Below the pieces are notes generated by a model that saw only the letters and a program-made list of their open reading frames with translations, searched no databases and had not been told where the DNA came from. From Candidatus Micrarchaeia archaeon (GTDB lineage Archaea > Micrarchaeota > Micrarchaeia > Norongarragalinales > CAINOH01), in the NCBI GenBank assembly GCA_041663565.1, contig JBAYMJ010000004.1, positions 582 through 64,581 of the forward strand: 64,000 nt of DNA, in the 5' to 3' direction. Both the position numbers and the translations under genes were made by a program. Of this stretch, positions 54,293 to 63,680 are shown one piece after another. Each line of letters opens with the position of its first letter. Position 1 is the first letter of the stretch.

Positions 54293-55075
54293 TTGATGCC
54301 CAAGTCGTCTTACAAATCTTTACGAAAAAAGGTCGGTTGCCTTATGACCATAGTTACGCCACAGACGTTCGATGCAATACTTTCCGAAAAGCGCGAGGAA
54401 GTCCCCGGAGTCATAACGATGCGGCTCACACCGGTTGACGGCCGCAAGCTTTCCTTTGCCCCGGGCCAGTTCGCGATGCTGTGCTTCCCCGAGGAGGCTG
54501 ACCCACAGCGCAAGTGCCGCGCATACTCCATCTCATCGGCGCCCCAGGTTGCAGACTACGTCGAGGTGACCATCAAGGTAGTCAAGGAGTGGACGACCCG
54601 CATGACCTCGACTTCGGTTGGCGCCAAGCTGCAGGTCAAGATGCCCTTCGGACGGTTCGTCCTCGACCCGGCGTGCAAGGACCACGTGTTCATCGCAGGC
54701 GGCGTGGGAATCACGCCCTTTGCGGCAATGTCAAGCCACCTTGCCGCGACCAAGCCCGAAGGCGTGAAGGCGACCCTGTTCTACAGCGCAAAGACGCCTG
54801 CAACGCTCATATTCCGCAAGAGGTTCGAGGACATCTCAAAGGAGTGGCCCGGGCTGAAGCTTGCGTTCACCATTACCGACAAGGAGTACGCGGGCACGGA
54901 CTGGAGCGGGCACCGCGGAAGGCTGGACGCCGAATACGTCAAGGCCACGCTTGGCGGAATAGGGGGGAAGAAGTTCTACCTCTGCGGCTCCGGCCAGATG
55001 ATGGGCGGCATCGAGGAGATACTTGAATCGATGGGCGTTGCCAAGGAGAACATCCACACCGAAAAGTTCGGATGA
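54293..55075 (+). CDS. Ferredoxin-NADP reductase-like FAD/NAD(P)-binding oxidoreductase
   Basis: RAYSISS flavin-binding motif. NAD-binding GGVGITPF. Confidence 0.65.
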   Translation: MMPKSSYKSLRKKVGCLMTIVTPQTFDAILSEKREEVPGVITMRLTPVDGRKLSFAPGQFAMLCFPEEADPQRKCRAYSISSAPQVADYVEVTIKVVKEWTTRMTSTSVGAKLQVKMPFGRFVLDPACKDHVFIAGGVGITPFAAMSSHLAATKPEGVKATLFYSAKTPATLIFRKRFEDISKEWPGLKLAFTITDKEYAGTDWSGHRGRLDAEYVKATLGGIGGKKFYLCGSGQMMGGIEEILESMGVAKENIHTEKFG

Positions 55076-55088
55076 AAAACGGCGACGA

Positions 55089-55394
55089 CTAGCGCTTGGT
55101 CTTCATCTTCTCGCCGACGAAGCTGATGAGGTCGCGCAGCTTCTTTTCCATCGTGGGGTAGTCCACGAGCTCTTCCAGCCCGGTGCGCATCGACTCGATT
55201 TCGGGCTTCATCTTCAGGTACTCGCGCTCGAGCTGCTCAAGGCGCGACGAGAGCTCCTTTATCTCCTTCTGCGTCCTGCGCTGGTAGTCGATGACAAAGT
55301 ATATCACTACCGCGAGGATGACCATGGAGATGGTGAAAAGCCCGAACGCAATTGCCGACATGCCTAGGATTTCCATGTTGTCACGACCCCTCAA
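55089..55394 (-). CDS. Small N-terminal-TM plus coiled-coil protein
   Basis: …LGMSAIAFGLFTISMVILAVVIYFVI… followed by heptad-like KELSSRLEQLEREYLKMK. Confidence 0.35.
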   Translation of the reverse strand: MRGRDNMEILGMSAIAFGLFTISMVILAVVIYFVIDYQRRTQKEIKELSSRLEQLEREYLKMKPEIESMRTGLEELVDYPTMEKKLRDLISFVGEKMKTKR

Positions 55395-55683
55395 TAACCG
55401 CCGAAGTCAGGTCCTTGGCCTGCTTTGTGATGCTCTGCATCGCGTTGCGGGTGATTTTCTTCTCCAGGCCGGACTTTGCCGCCTGGATGTCCGAAGTCAT
55501 GGCCGCGGACTCCGCGTGGGCGGACTCGATGCGGGCCGAAAGCTCCGCGACGCTGGCCACAGCAGCCTCGTGCGTCTTCTTGGAAAGATGGTAGGCGACT
55601 GCAGCGGCCGCTACCGAGACCAGGAAACAGAATCCCGCAACGTAGAGGTCGTCTGCCATATTGCCATCAATACCTAGGCGCAC
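55381..55683 (-). CDS. Small N-terminal-TM plus coiled-coil protein (similar architecture to 55089..55394)
   Basis: …LYVAGFCFLVSVAAAAVAYHL… then an Ala/Glu-rich helix. Confidence 0.35.
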   Translation of the reverse strand: MRLGIDGNMADDLYVAGFCFLVSVAAAAVAYHLSKKTHEAAVASVAELSARIESAHAESAAMTSDIQAAKSGLEKKITRNAMQSITKQAKDLTSAVIEGS

Positions 55684-56156
55684 GTTCCGATAAGCGGCCG
55701 GGCACCGGTCTGCCTCATGGAGTAAGTCATGAAGTTGTACAGGATGTTGACCTGGGTTATCTCGAACATCTTGCCCGTTGCGGTATAGACGCAGGGGTTG
55801 CCGTTCGTGAAGCCGGTGATGTAGATTGCCTTCTCCTCGCCTGCCGTGAGGAGCTGGTAGCCCGTGCTCAGGTTGCGCACGTTGCCTGAGCCGTCGTCAA
55901 ACTGTATCTCGGTGATGTTGAGCTTGTCCGAGCCGCGGTTTGCGACCATCAAAAGGGCGGTGCCGTTGCCGAGCTGGACCGTAGTGATGGAAAACGGCGT
56001 GGCCGTCTTCCAATAGGACTGGGACTCCTTTTCCCTTGAGGGGCCGCCCACTTGCGGGAACCATCCTAGAAGCGCGATGATGACCATCGCCACAAGCAAT
56101 ACTGCGCCGAGGATGACGAGATATTCTGTCGCGCCCTGCCCCTTTGAACGAGCCAT
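55674..56156 (-). CDS. Pilin, class-III signal peptide (MARSKGQGATEYLVILGAVLLVAMVIIALLGW); start at 56156
   Basis: KGQ-GATEYL motif. Paralogous to the partial ORF at 63681..64000 (shared NPC…TGK…YEF/FEI core). Confidence 0.7.
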   Translation of the reverse strand: MARSKGQGATEYLVILGAVLLVAMVIIALLGWFPQVGGPSREKESQSYWKTATPFSITTVQLGNGTALLMVANRGSDKLNITEIQFDDGSGNVRNLSTGYQLLTAGEEKAIYITGFTNGNPCVYTATGKMFEITQVNILYNFMTYSMRQTGARPLIGTCA

Positions 56157-56281
56157 AGAATCACCTAGTTCATACGATTGGTTGGAATTATACAAGGGGA
56201 ACGGGAGGGGGAAATAAAAAAGTAGGTTTTGGGGAAAGACCACCCAATAACCCGTGCTGCTTGGGCGCCTAGCCAATCTGG

Positions 56282-57505
56282 CTATTTCCTTCTTCGCGCA
56301 AGCTCGGCCCGTACCTCGTCCGGGGTTATCCCTTTCTTTGCCATCAGCACAAGAAGGAAGTACGAAAGGTCCGCTATCTCCCACACGAGGTTCTCACGGT
56401 CCTGGTAATCTATGACCTCTGCTGACTCCTCGGCAACCTTGTCCAAGATTGTTGACTCGCTTGCGCTGATTGCCGAGGTGAAGGAGCCTTCCTGCGGGTC
56501 ATCCACCTTGCCCTTCACTACGGCATACAACTCGTCCAACCCGAACTTCCTGTTGCCAAAGCAGCTGTAGGTGCCGGTGTGGCAGGCGAAATTCTCCTGC
56601 CTGACGGTAAAGAGAAGGCTGTCGCGGTCGCAGTCGTACCTTGCAGTCAGCAGGGCCTGGAAGTTGCCCGAAGTCTCGCCCTTGGTCCACAACGTTTTTC
56701 GCGAGCGGCTGTAATACGCGGCCTTGCCAGTCTCAAACGTCCTGGCAACCGACTCCTTTGAGGACCACGCGAGCATCAGGACCTGCCCGTTCCCGTCTTG
56801 GACAATCGTCGGGATGAGGCCGGTCGCCGGGTCGAACCGCAGGACGCCAGCAAAAGCATCCGCAAGCCTTACCGCGCCGGTGTAGATGGACATCCCGAGC
56901 TGCGGGTTCATGCCGGCTTCCTCTATTTTTTTTATTTCTTCGGTTGTGGTGATTCCGCCAGCAATCGTGAGCTTGTTCTTAGTCGAAGCCTTGACCTGCA
57001 TTATGGCGCCAAAATCCACTCCCTGCATCAGGCCCTCGCGGTCGACGTTGGTGTAGAGAAATTCCGAGCATAACGGTTCGAGTTTTTTTGCAAGCCCAAC
57101 CGGCGTGTTGTCCGTCGCGTTGGTCCAGCCTTTGTCCACCACTTTCCCTTGCTTCGAGTCAAGGGCTACAACCAGCCTGTCCTTTGGAAGCTGGGAAAGG
57201 AACTCCGGCGTTGCCGCGGTGCCTATGATTATTTTTTTCGCGCCAGCAGCAAGCAGCTCGTTTGCCCGGCCGGCCGTGCGTATCCCGCCGCCCACGCGGC
57301 AGTCCGCAACCTTGCAAAGGGCCTTCACCAACTCCAGGTTGTCGCCCCTGCCTAGGGCCGCGTCCAAGTCGATGACTGCGACTTCGCCGTACTTCGCGAA
57401 CTCCGCCGCAAGCCCAAGTGGGTCGTCCCGCTCAAGGACTTTCTCCTTCCCCTGCCGCAGCTGGACCGCCTTTCCGCCCATCAGGTCAATGCTTGGTATG
57501 ATCAT
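56282..57505 (-). CDS. hisA: Trifunctional fusion HisA (ProFAR isomerase) - HisI (PR-AMP cyclohydrolase) - HisE (PR-ATP pyrophosphatase)
   Basis: HisA MIIPSIDLMGGKAVQL…IIGTAA…AGGIT. HisI …LMLAWSSKESVARTFETGKAAYYSRSRKTLWTKGETSGNFQ…FTVRQENFACHTGTYSCF. HisE …LDKVAEESAEVI…WEIADLSYFLLVLMAKKGITPDEV. Single ORF. Confidence 0.75.
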   Translation of the reverse strand: MIIPSIDLMGGKAVQLRQGKEKVLERDDPLGLAAEFAKYGEVAVIDLDAALGRGDNLELVKALCKVADCRVGGGIRTAGRANELLAAGAKKIIIGTAATPEFLSQLPKDRLVVALDSKQGKVVDKGWTNATDNTPVGLAKKLEPLCSEFLYTNVDREGLMQGVDFGAIMQVKASTKNKLTIAGGITTTEEIKKIEEAGMNPQLGMSIYTGAVRLADAFAGVLRFDPATGLIPTIVQDGNGQVLMLAWSSKESVARTFETGKAAYYSRSRKTLWTKGETSGNFQALLTARYDCDRDSLLFTVRQENFACHTGTYSCFGNRKFGLDELYAVVKGKVDDPQEGSFTSAISASESTILDKVAEESAEVIDYQDRENLVWEIADLSYFLLVLMAKKGITPDEVRAELARRRK

Positions 57506-57584
57506 TTTCTCACGCTCATCTATGCTTGTGTTCCCAGTGCCCGCCGGCCCCGGTGCCCGCGCCATTATATTCTTCTTCCCATGC

Positions 57585-58418
57585 TCATGTCCTTACGCTT
57601 ACTTTTCTTGCCGCAAGGTAATCCTTTATCTCTCCCACGGTCAGGTTCCCGTAGTGGACCAGCGAGGCCACCAATGCGGCATCCGCGTTTCCCTTTTCAA
57701 AAACATCTGCAAAATCGGACAGCTTTCCCGCTCCCCCCGACGCAATCACGGGTATGTTCACCGCATTGCTGACTGCGCAGGTCAGCTCCAAGTCGTACCC
57801 TTCCTTGGTGCCGTCGCGGTCCATCGAGGTCAAAAGGACCTCTCCCGCGCCGAGCTTCTCAGCGCGGCGGACCCACTCAACCGCGTCAATCCCTGTGGGA
57901 GTCCTTCCGCCATTTACGAAGACTTCCCAGCCTGCAACCCTGCCGGTTCCATCACCAGACGCCTTGCCCGCTGCTTTGCCCGCGGACTCGCCCATCGCTT
58001 TCCCCTCTGTTCCATACCTTTTTTTCGCATCAACCGCAAGGACGACAGCCTGGCTTCCGAACCTTTCGGCCGCCTCTGAAACCAACTGCGGGTTTTTCAC
58101 TGCTGCGGTGTTCAGCGATACTTTGTCAGCCCCTGCTGCCAATATCTCCTGCACCTGTTCAACCGTGGAAATGCCTCCACCGACGGTGAACGGGATGAAC
58201 ACTTCCCTTGCGACGCGTTCCACAAGCCCGACAATCATCCTCCGCTTTTCAACTGACGCGGTTATGTCAAGGAAAACCAGCTCGTCAGCACTGTCATCAT
58301 TGTACTTCTTGGCGAGGGCAACAGGGTCGCCTGCGTACTGCAAGTTTACGAAATTCGTCCCCTTGACCACCTGCCCGTCCCGAACGTCAAGGCAGGGGAT
58401 TATGCGTTTTGTCAGCAT
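57585..58418 (-). CDS. hisF: Imidazole glycerol phosphate synthase cyclase subunit HisF (with ~25-aa Gly/Lys-rich insertion)
   Basis: [20 protein letters not shown]…, …[10 protein letters not shown]…. Insertion …[30 protein letters not shown]…. Confidence 0.85.
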   Translation of the reverse strand: MLTKRIIPCLDVRDGQVVKGTNFVNLQYAGDPVALAKKYNDDSADELVFLDITASVEKRRMIVGLVERVAREVFIPFTVGGGISTVEQVQEILAAGADKVSLNTAAVKNPQLVSEAAERFGSQAVVLAVDAKKRYGTEGKAMGESAGKAAGKASGDGTGRVAGWEVFVNGGRTPTGIDAVEWVRRAEKLGAGEVLLTSMDRDGTKEGYDLELTCAVSNAVNIPVIASGGAGKLSDFADVFEKGNADAALVASLVHYGNLTVGEIKDYLAARKVSVRT

Positions 58419-59140
58419 TCAAGCCACCTTCGAAGCAAGTCCAGCCCGAACTCGCCGCTTCTTTCCGGGTGGAACTGCACTGCAGTAACGTTCCCCTTCC
58501 GGACTGCGCTCGCAAAATCGCCGTAATAGTCAGTTGTCGCAGCGACGATGCCCAAGTCGTCGGGGACGACGAAATAGGAATTGACGAAATACGCGTAGCC
58601 TTCCTTGATAAGACCGGGTTGCATGTTTTTTCCACCTTCCGAGCAGTCTCCGCCTTTTCCATCTTTTGGGCAGCCCGCGCCTTTTCCGGCATTCGTGTTG
58701 TCCCCGCATTTTCCGTCTTTTGTGCCGTATTCTCCGTTCCCGTTCTTTCCTTCAGCAACAACTGGAATAATCCTGTTCCAGCCAACTTGCGGCACTTTTC
58801 CCTTTGAAAAGCGGATTACCTTTCCTTTGAACACGCCAAGGCCGGCCACCCCGGGGCTTTCCTCGCTCGACTCGAACAGCGCCTGCAGCCCGAGGCAGAT
58901 TCCAAGAAACGGCGTGCCTTTTGCGATGGCCCCGACTATGGCCTCGTCCAGCCCTTTTTTCCTCAGGCGTTCCATCATGTACCCGAACGAGCCCACTCCG
59001 GGAAATATTATCCTTTCAGCTGCAAGGATTTCCGAAGGGCTCGCGCTCAGCCTTGACCTTGCGCCAAGCCGGTCGAGCGCGTTCCTCACGCTCGAGATGT
59101 TTCCCGCCCCGTAGTCTACAATTACGACATCATCTGCCAT
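58412..59140 (-). CDS. hisH: Imidazole glycerol phosphate synthase glutaminase subunit HisH (with ~45-aa Gly/Lys/Cys-rich insertion)
   Basis: …[12 protein letters not shown]…, catalytic [11 protein letters not shown], …QFHPERS…. Insertion [48 protein letters not shown]. Confidence 0.85.
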   Translation of the reverse strand: MADDVVIVDYGAGNISSVRNALDRLGARSRLSASPSEILAAERIIFPGVGSFGYMMERLRKKGLDEAIVGAIAKGTPFLGICLGLQALFESSEESPGVAGLGVFKGKVIRFSKGKVPQVGWNRIIPVVAEGKNGNGEYGTKDGKCGDNTNAGKGAGCPKDGKGGDCSEGGKNMQPGLIKEGYAYFVNSYFVVPDDLGIVAATTDYYGDFASAVRKGNVTAVQFHPERSGEFGLDLLRRWLEC

Positions 59141-59143
59141 AAA

Positions 59144-59737
59144 CTATATCGCCCCTTTCGTGCTCGGCATGCTGCCCTTTGCCCTCGCGTCCTTCGAGCA
59201 AGCCATCTTCAGGGCTTTGGCGAACGCCTTGAAAGCCGCCTCAATCTTGTGGTGGTCGCTCCTGCCGCAGGGTATGCGGACGACTACGTTGGCCCCCAGG
59301 CCGGAAGCGAATCCCTGGAAGAAATCCTCAATCGTGTCAGTGTCGAAGCCGCCGCAGAACTGGCGCTCGAACTTGGCGTCGTACTGCACGAAGGGCCTGC
59401 CGCAGACGTCAACTGCGACAATCGCAAGCGCCTCATCCATCGGGAACACGAAGTATCCTGCACGGTTTATTCCCTTCTTGTCCGAAAGGGCGGCCCTGAA
59501 AGCCTGGCCTAGCGCGATGCCGCAGTCCTCCACAAGGTGGTGCGAGTCAACCTCGAGGTCGCCTTCCGCCTTGACTTCCAGGTTGAAGAGGCCGTGCTTT
59601 GCGAAGGACTCCAGCATGTGGCTGAAAAAGCCGATTGGCGTCCCAACCGAGTACCTTCCGTTCCCGTCCACGTTCAACGACAGGGTTATGGCCGTCTCCT
59701 TGGTCTTCCGCACGATTTTTGCCTTACGCATAAGCAC
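59144..59737 (-). CDS. hisB: Imidazoleglycerol-phosphate dehydratase
   Basis: …RKTKETAITLSLNVDG… and IGPD histidine motifs (…HHLVEDCGIALG…, …GRSDHHKIEA…). Confidence 0.85.
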   Translation of the reverse strand: MLMRKAKIVRKTKETAITLSLNVDGNGRYSVGTPIGFFSHMLESFAKHGLFNLEVKAEGDLEVDSHHLVEDCGIALGQAFRAALSDKKGINRAGYFVFPMDEALAIVAVDVCGRPFVQYDAKFERQFCGGFDTDTIEDFFQGFASGLGANVVVRIPCGRSDHHKIEAAFKAFAKALKMACSKDARAKGSMPSTKGAI

Positions 59738-59747
59738 TCACATCCTC

Positions 59748-60449
59748 CTAAACATTCCCAGACCCGTCTCTTGGTTTCTCCGCCCTTTTTGCCGACTTTA
59801 CCGATTTTGTCCAATTCATTACGTCCGCGTTAATGCCCCGAAAATCCGGCTTGGTAACCCAGATGCACTTGCCTCCCCCTTGCTTGATTCGGGCCATAAA
59901 TGGCGCGTCGCCTTCCGAGTCCGCAATCCCGGCAACCATTGAAAGCGGAGTGCCCGCGTCCGAACAGGCCCGCAGGAGCGCGGCCTCCTTTTGCTTTCCC
60001 TCAATCACCGGGCCGACAAGGCCTACTGCCTTGCCGCCGGCCATCCGCAACCTGCTTGCAAGCACAACCGCATCCTTGAGCCCGAGCCTTCCCGCGACCC
60101 TTTCCGCAATCGGCTCGTAGCTTGCGGTCAGAATGCACACGCGGGCCCCCAGCGATTCAACACCTGAAAAAAATCCTGCAGCTCCGGGAAACAGCTTTGC
60201 ATCATCGGCCACCCTTGCAAACGCCTCATTTGGTATCGGGTCCCTTGACGCAACCCGCTCCAAAAGCACCCTCACGTCCGAGCCATTCTCCTCGGCATCG
60301 AGCCTCGCGGCTTCCTTTTCCAGGCTGAACCCCCTGAAAAATGCGAATATGGTGTCGCCATCGACGATGGTGCCGTCAAGGTCCGACGCTATGAGAAAAC
60401 CCTCGAGGGGCTTTGCGCAGTATTTTTTTCCGGTTGCAGTCGTGCTCAT
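59748..60449 (-). CDS. HAD-family phosphatase within the his operon (candidate histidinol-phosphatase)
   Basis: DLDGTIVDGD HAD motif I. Positioned between hisC and hisB, where a histidinol-phosphatase is expected. The assignment is inferential. Confidence 0.5.
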   Translation of the reverse strand: MSTTATGKKYCAKPLEGFLIASDLDGTIVDGDTIFAFFRGFSLEKEAARLDAEENGSDVRVLLERVASRDPIPNEAFARVADDAKLFPGAAGFFSGVESLGARVCILTASYEPIAERVAGRLGLKDAVVLASRLRMAGGKAVGLVGPVIEGKQKEAALLRACSDAGTPLSMVAGIADSEGDAPFMARIKQGGGKCIWVTKPDFRGINADVMNWTKSVKSAKRAEKPRDGSGNV

Positions 60450-60455
60450 GCAAAA

Positions 60456-61532
60456 TCAAATCCCATCAAAGCTTTTCCCCAATATCCTGCCAAGTTCCGC
60501 TGCAAGGCGCCGGTTCTCTTCCCCGGTCCCGACTGTTATGCGGATGCAGTTTCCAAGCATCGGAAGCGACGACCGGTCGCGGACTATAATGCTCGCCTCT
60601 TCTGCCAGCCGTCCCTGTACTTCCTTAGAGCTGATTCCCTCAGGAAAGCGCACCAGCACAAAGTTCGCCTGGCCGGGAAACACCTCAAGCCCGAGCCTTC
60701 GTAGGCCGCCCGAGAGCCTCTCGCGCTCCGCCATTATAGCGGACACGTTTTCGAGCATCCGCGCCTTCCCTTCGCGCAGCGCTTTCGACGCCAGAATCTG
60801 GCTCAGGGTGCCCACGCCGTACGGGAACCTTATCTTTCTCATTACCTTGATGGCTCCGGGCGACGAGATGCAGTAACCTACGCGGAGCGCGGCAAGCCCC
60901 CACGCCTTGGACAGCGTCCGCGAGACAATCAGGTTCGCAAACTCGTCAACAAGGGGCCTGACGGTTTTGCCGCAGAACTCGAAATACGCCTCGTCCACGA
61001 ACACCATCCCGTTGAACTCTCTCGCCAGCCTGCGGATTGAGGCTTCACCAACCGGCCTTCCGGTCGCGGCGTCGGGGCTTGCGAGGAAAACGATGCGCGT
61101 ATCCGAATCCACGCAATCCAATACCGCGTCCACATCCAATTCAAAGTCGCGCGTCATAAGGGCCTGCCGCTCCGTAGCGCCCGCCACTTGCGAACGCACG
61201 CCCCACATCGAGTACCCGGGCTGGACGGTCACGACGTTGTCGCCAGCGCCGCAAAACGCCGATGCGGCAATGGAGATTATGTCGTCCGAGCCGTTTCCGA
61301 CAAGCAGCTGCCCTTCACCGGCGCCGCAGTAGCCGCCGAGCAACCCCGCCAGCTCGGTGCAGTCCGAATCGGGATACCGGTTCAGGCTCACGCCAGGATA
61401 GTCAACTGCGCTGCCGAACGGGTTCTCGTTGGCATCCAGGAAAGCGCCGGCTTTCTTGTAAAGGTCCCGTGCGCAGACGTATGACTCTAGCTGGGCGACT
61501 TCCGGCCTTGCCCTGATGGTCTTGCTTATCAT
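60456..61532 (-). CDS. hisC: Histidinol-phosphate aminotransferase
   Basis: …LDANENPFGS…, class II aminotransferase fold, …SKAWGLAALRVGY…. Confidence 0.8.
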   Translation of the reverse strand: MISKTIRARPEVAQLESYVCARDLYKKAGAFLDANENPFGSAVDYPGVSLNRYPDSDCTELAGLLGGYCGAGEGQLLVGNGSDDIISIAASAFCGAGDNVVTVQPGYSMWGVRSQVAGATERQALMTRDFELDVDAVLDCVDSDTRIVFLASPDAATGRPVGEASIRRLAREFNGMVFVDEAYFEFCGKTVRPLVDEFANLIVSRTLSKAWGLAALRVGYCISSPGAIKVMRKIRFPYGVGTLSQILASKALREGKARMLENVSAIMAERERLSGGLRRLGLEVFPGQANFVLVRFPEGISSKEVQGRLAEEASIIVRDRSSLPMLGNCIRITVGTGEENRRLAAELGRILGKSFDGI

Positions 61533-61533
61533 A

Positions 61534-63447
61534 TCAATTCATCCCTTTGTCCTCGAACCGCTTTTTCACCGAGTTCGCGTGGGCTTCGAGCCCTTCGGCC
61601 CTTGCAAGCACCTCGATGGTCCCGGCAAGCTCCGAAAGCCCGTTGCGCTCAAGCTTGAGGTAGTTGACCTCGCGCACGAAGTCCCTTGCCGAAAGGCCTG
61701 AATACATCCTTGCGGCCCCGCCGGTAGGAAGCACGTGGTTCGGCCCCGCCGCATAGTCGCCTGCCGAGACGCTGGTGTAGTTCCCGATGAATATCGCCCC
61801 TGCGTTCCTGACTTTGTCAAGGACCGTGAACGGCCTGTCAACCGCAAGCAGGAGGTGCTCGGGCGCGTACTCGTTCGAAAAGTCTATCGCCTCGCCGACG
61901 TCGCCTACGACCAGGATTGCGCCGTTTGCTGACAGCGAAGTGCGGATTATCTCCCTTCGCGGAAGCAAAAGCATCTGGCGCGAAACCTCGGCCTCGACTT
62001 CGTCCGCAAGCTCTTTTGAAACCGCAAGCAGCACCGCAGCCGCATCCGGACTGTGCTCGGCCTGCGCCAGCATCTCGGCAGCCAAGAACCTCGCGTCGGC
62101 AGTCCGGTCGGCTATTGCCAGAAGCTCGCTCGGGCCTGCAGGCGAGTCTATGGATACGAGTGCGCGGGACAATGCCTCAAGCTTTGCCGCAGCCACGTAC
62201 GAGTTGCCTGGCCCCACTATTTTCCTGACTCGCGGGACGGTCCGCGTCCCGAGGGCCATTGCAGCTATCGCCTGGGCCCCGCCGAGCTTGAACACCTTGC
62301 CAACCCCGGCAACGTCAGCCGCAACAAGCACAGCGGGGTTGCACTTTCCTTCCCTGTCCGGCGGGGTGCAAAGGACGATGTCGCGGACTCCCGCCACCTT
62401 TGCAGGCACCACGCCCATTATGACCGACGAAGGGTATGCAGCGGAGCCGCCCGGCGCGTATACCCCCACCGAATCAAGCGGGACAACCAGCTTGCCGCCC
62501 AGGCCGCCTTCCATCTTCATCTCCCATTTTTGCGGAAGCTCCTTCTGCGAAAAGCGCGCCACGTTTTCCGCCGCCTTCTTCAGCGCCGCAATGACCTCGG
62601 GCTTGACTTTCGAATATGCTTCCTTGGTCTCCTCGGCTGTAACAGCGAACTGCCTTGGAAGCAGCTTGACCTTGTCGAACCGTTCGGTATAGGATGAGAG
62701 CGCCTCGTCGCGGCCCTTTGATACGGTGTCGAAGACTTCGGCCGCAAACACCCTTGCCTCGGCTGCCTTGCTGAAATTGCGGTAGAGTATCCTCTTGCGG
62801 TCCCCTGCGGAAATCCCGTCCAGCCGGCCCCGAAGAACGGAGAAGTCCCCGCGAAACGCGCCTACTGCGCCGTCGACCTGGCCGCGCTTTTGCGCAAGCG
62901 AAGCGGGGTTGGCGACGATGACTGCGCTTGAGCGCAAAAGCTCCTGCGACTCCTCCAGGCCGTTCGCGGCAAGGGTGCGGCCGGTGCTCGAAAGGTCGAT
63001 TATCGCATCAGCTATCCCCGCGGATACGCTGGCCTCTATCGCGCCGTCAAGCTGGATGACCTTCGCGTCGATGCCGTTTTCCGAAAGGAACTTTGCAGCA
63101 AGGCGCGGGAACGCGGTTGCCACGCGGCCTGGCTTGCCGCAGCCGCCCTTGGGGACGGCATAGACCAGCCTGCAGAAGCCGAAGGGAAGCGGAAGAAGCG
63201 TCACCACTTCGGAGCCCTTTTCCGCAACCATGTCGGAACCGGTTATCCCGATGTCCGCAACGCCTGACTCTACGTAAGTGGGTATGTCGCGCGCCCGGGC
63301 AAGGAGGAAGCGGTACTTTCCGCACGGCGAGGCCGAGTAGTACCCCCGGTCCCTGCCGGAGTTCTCAAACCCAAGCGCCCTGGCAAGAAGCTGGGCCGGG
63401 GCCGCCAGCGCGCCCTTGTTGGGCAGTGCTATGATGAAGAGACTCAC
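61534..63447 (-). CDS. hisGD: Bifunctional fusion: ATP phosphoribosyltransferase (HisG, short form) N-terminal ~200 aa plus histidinol dehydrogenase (HisD) C-terminal ~430 aa
   Basis: HisG: MSLFIIALPNKG…DIPTYVESGVADIGITGSDMV…AIIDLSSTGRTLAANGL. HisD: …VGVYAPGGSAAYPSSVIMGVVPAKVAG…QAEHSPDA…NEYAPEHL…HVLPTGGAARMYSGL. A single 637-aa ORF with no stop between the halves. Confidence 0.75.
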   Translation of the reverse strand: MSLFIIALPNKGALAAPAQLLARALGFENSGRDRGYYSASPCGKYRFLLARARDIPTYVESGVADIGITGSDMVAEKGSEVVTLLPLPFGFCRLVYAVPKGGCGKPGRVATAFPRLAAKFLSENGIDAKVIQLDGAIEASVSAGIADAIIDLSSTGRTLAANGLEESQELLRSSAVIVANPASLAQKRGQVDGAVGAFRGDFSVLRGRLDGISAGDRKRILYRNFSKAAEARVFAAEVFDTVSKGRDEALSSYTERFDKVKLLPRQFAVTAEETKEAYSKVKPEVIAALKKAAENVARFSQKELPQKWEMKMEGGLGGKLVVPLDSVGVYAPGGSAAYPSSVIMGVVPAKVAGVRDIVLCTPPDREGKCNPAVLVAADVAGVGKVFKLGGAQAIAAMALGTRTVPRVRKIVGPGNSYVAAAKLEALSRALVSIDSPAGPSELLAIADRTADARFLAAEMLAQAEHSPDAAAVLLAVSKELADEVEAEVSRQMLLLPRREIIRTSLSANGAILVVGDVGEAIDFSNEYAPEHLLLAVDRPFTVLDKVRNAGAIFIGNYTSVSAGDYAAGPNHVLPTGGAARMYSGLSARDFVREVNYLKLERNGLSELAGTIEVLARAEGLEAHANSVKKRFEDKGMN

Positions 63448-63680
63448 TTTCCATATTCTCCCCTCCGGAGCAAACCCGCAGGTAACGGGCTGACGATTTC
63501 AAAAAGGAGGATGGACGCGAGTAGGGACGAAGAAGAAGCCTTAGTGAACAAAATCCCTTTCCATTGCTCCCGAACCTTTTGCGAAAAGACATTGTGCGAA
63601 GACAGGTTAATAACCGTTGCCACTGCCCGAAAGGGGCGTTGGGAAAAGGCAGGGAACCCTACGGAGGCCCAGCCGGGAAC

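Noticed and set aside
59748-60449. Calling the his-operon HAD protein a phosphoserine phosphatase (SerB)
   Set aside because: The DxDGT HAD motif is generic. Operon context favours a histidinol-phosphatase role, but specificity cannot be read from sequence, so it is reported only as a HAD-family candidate.
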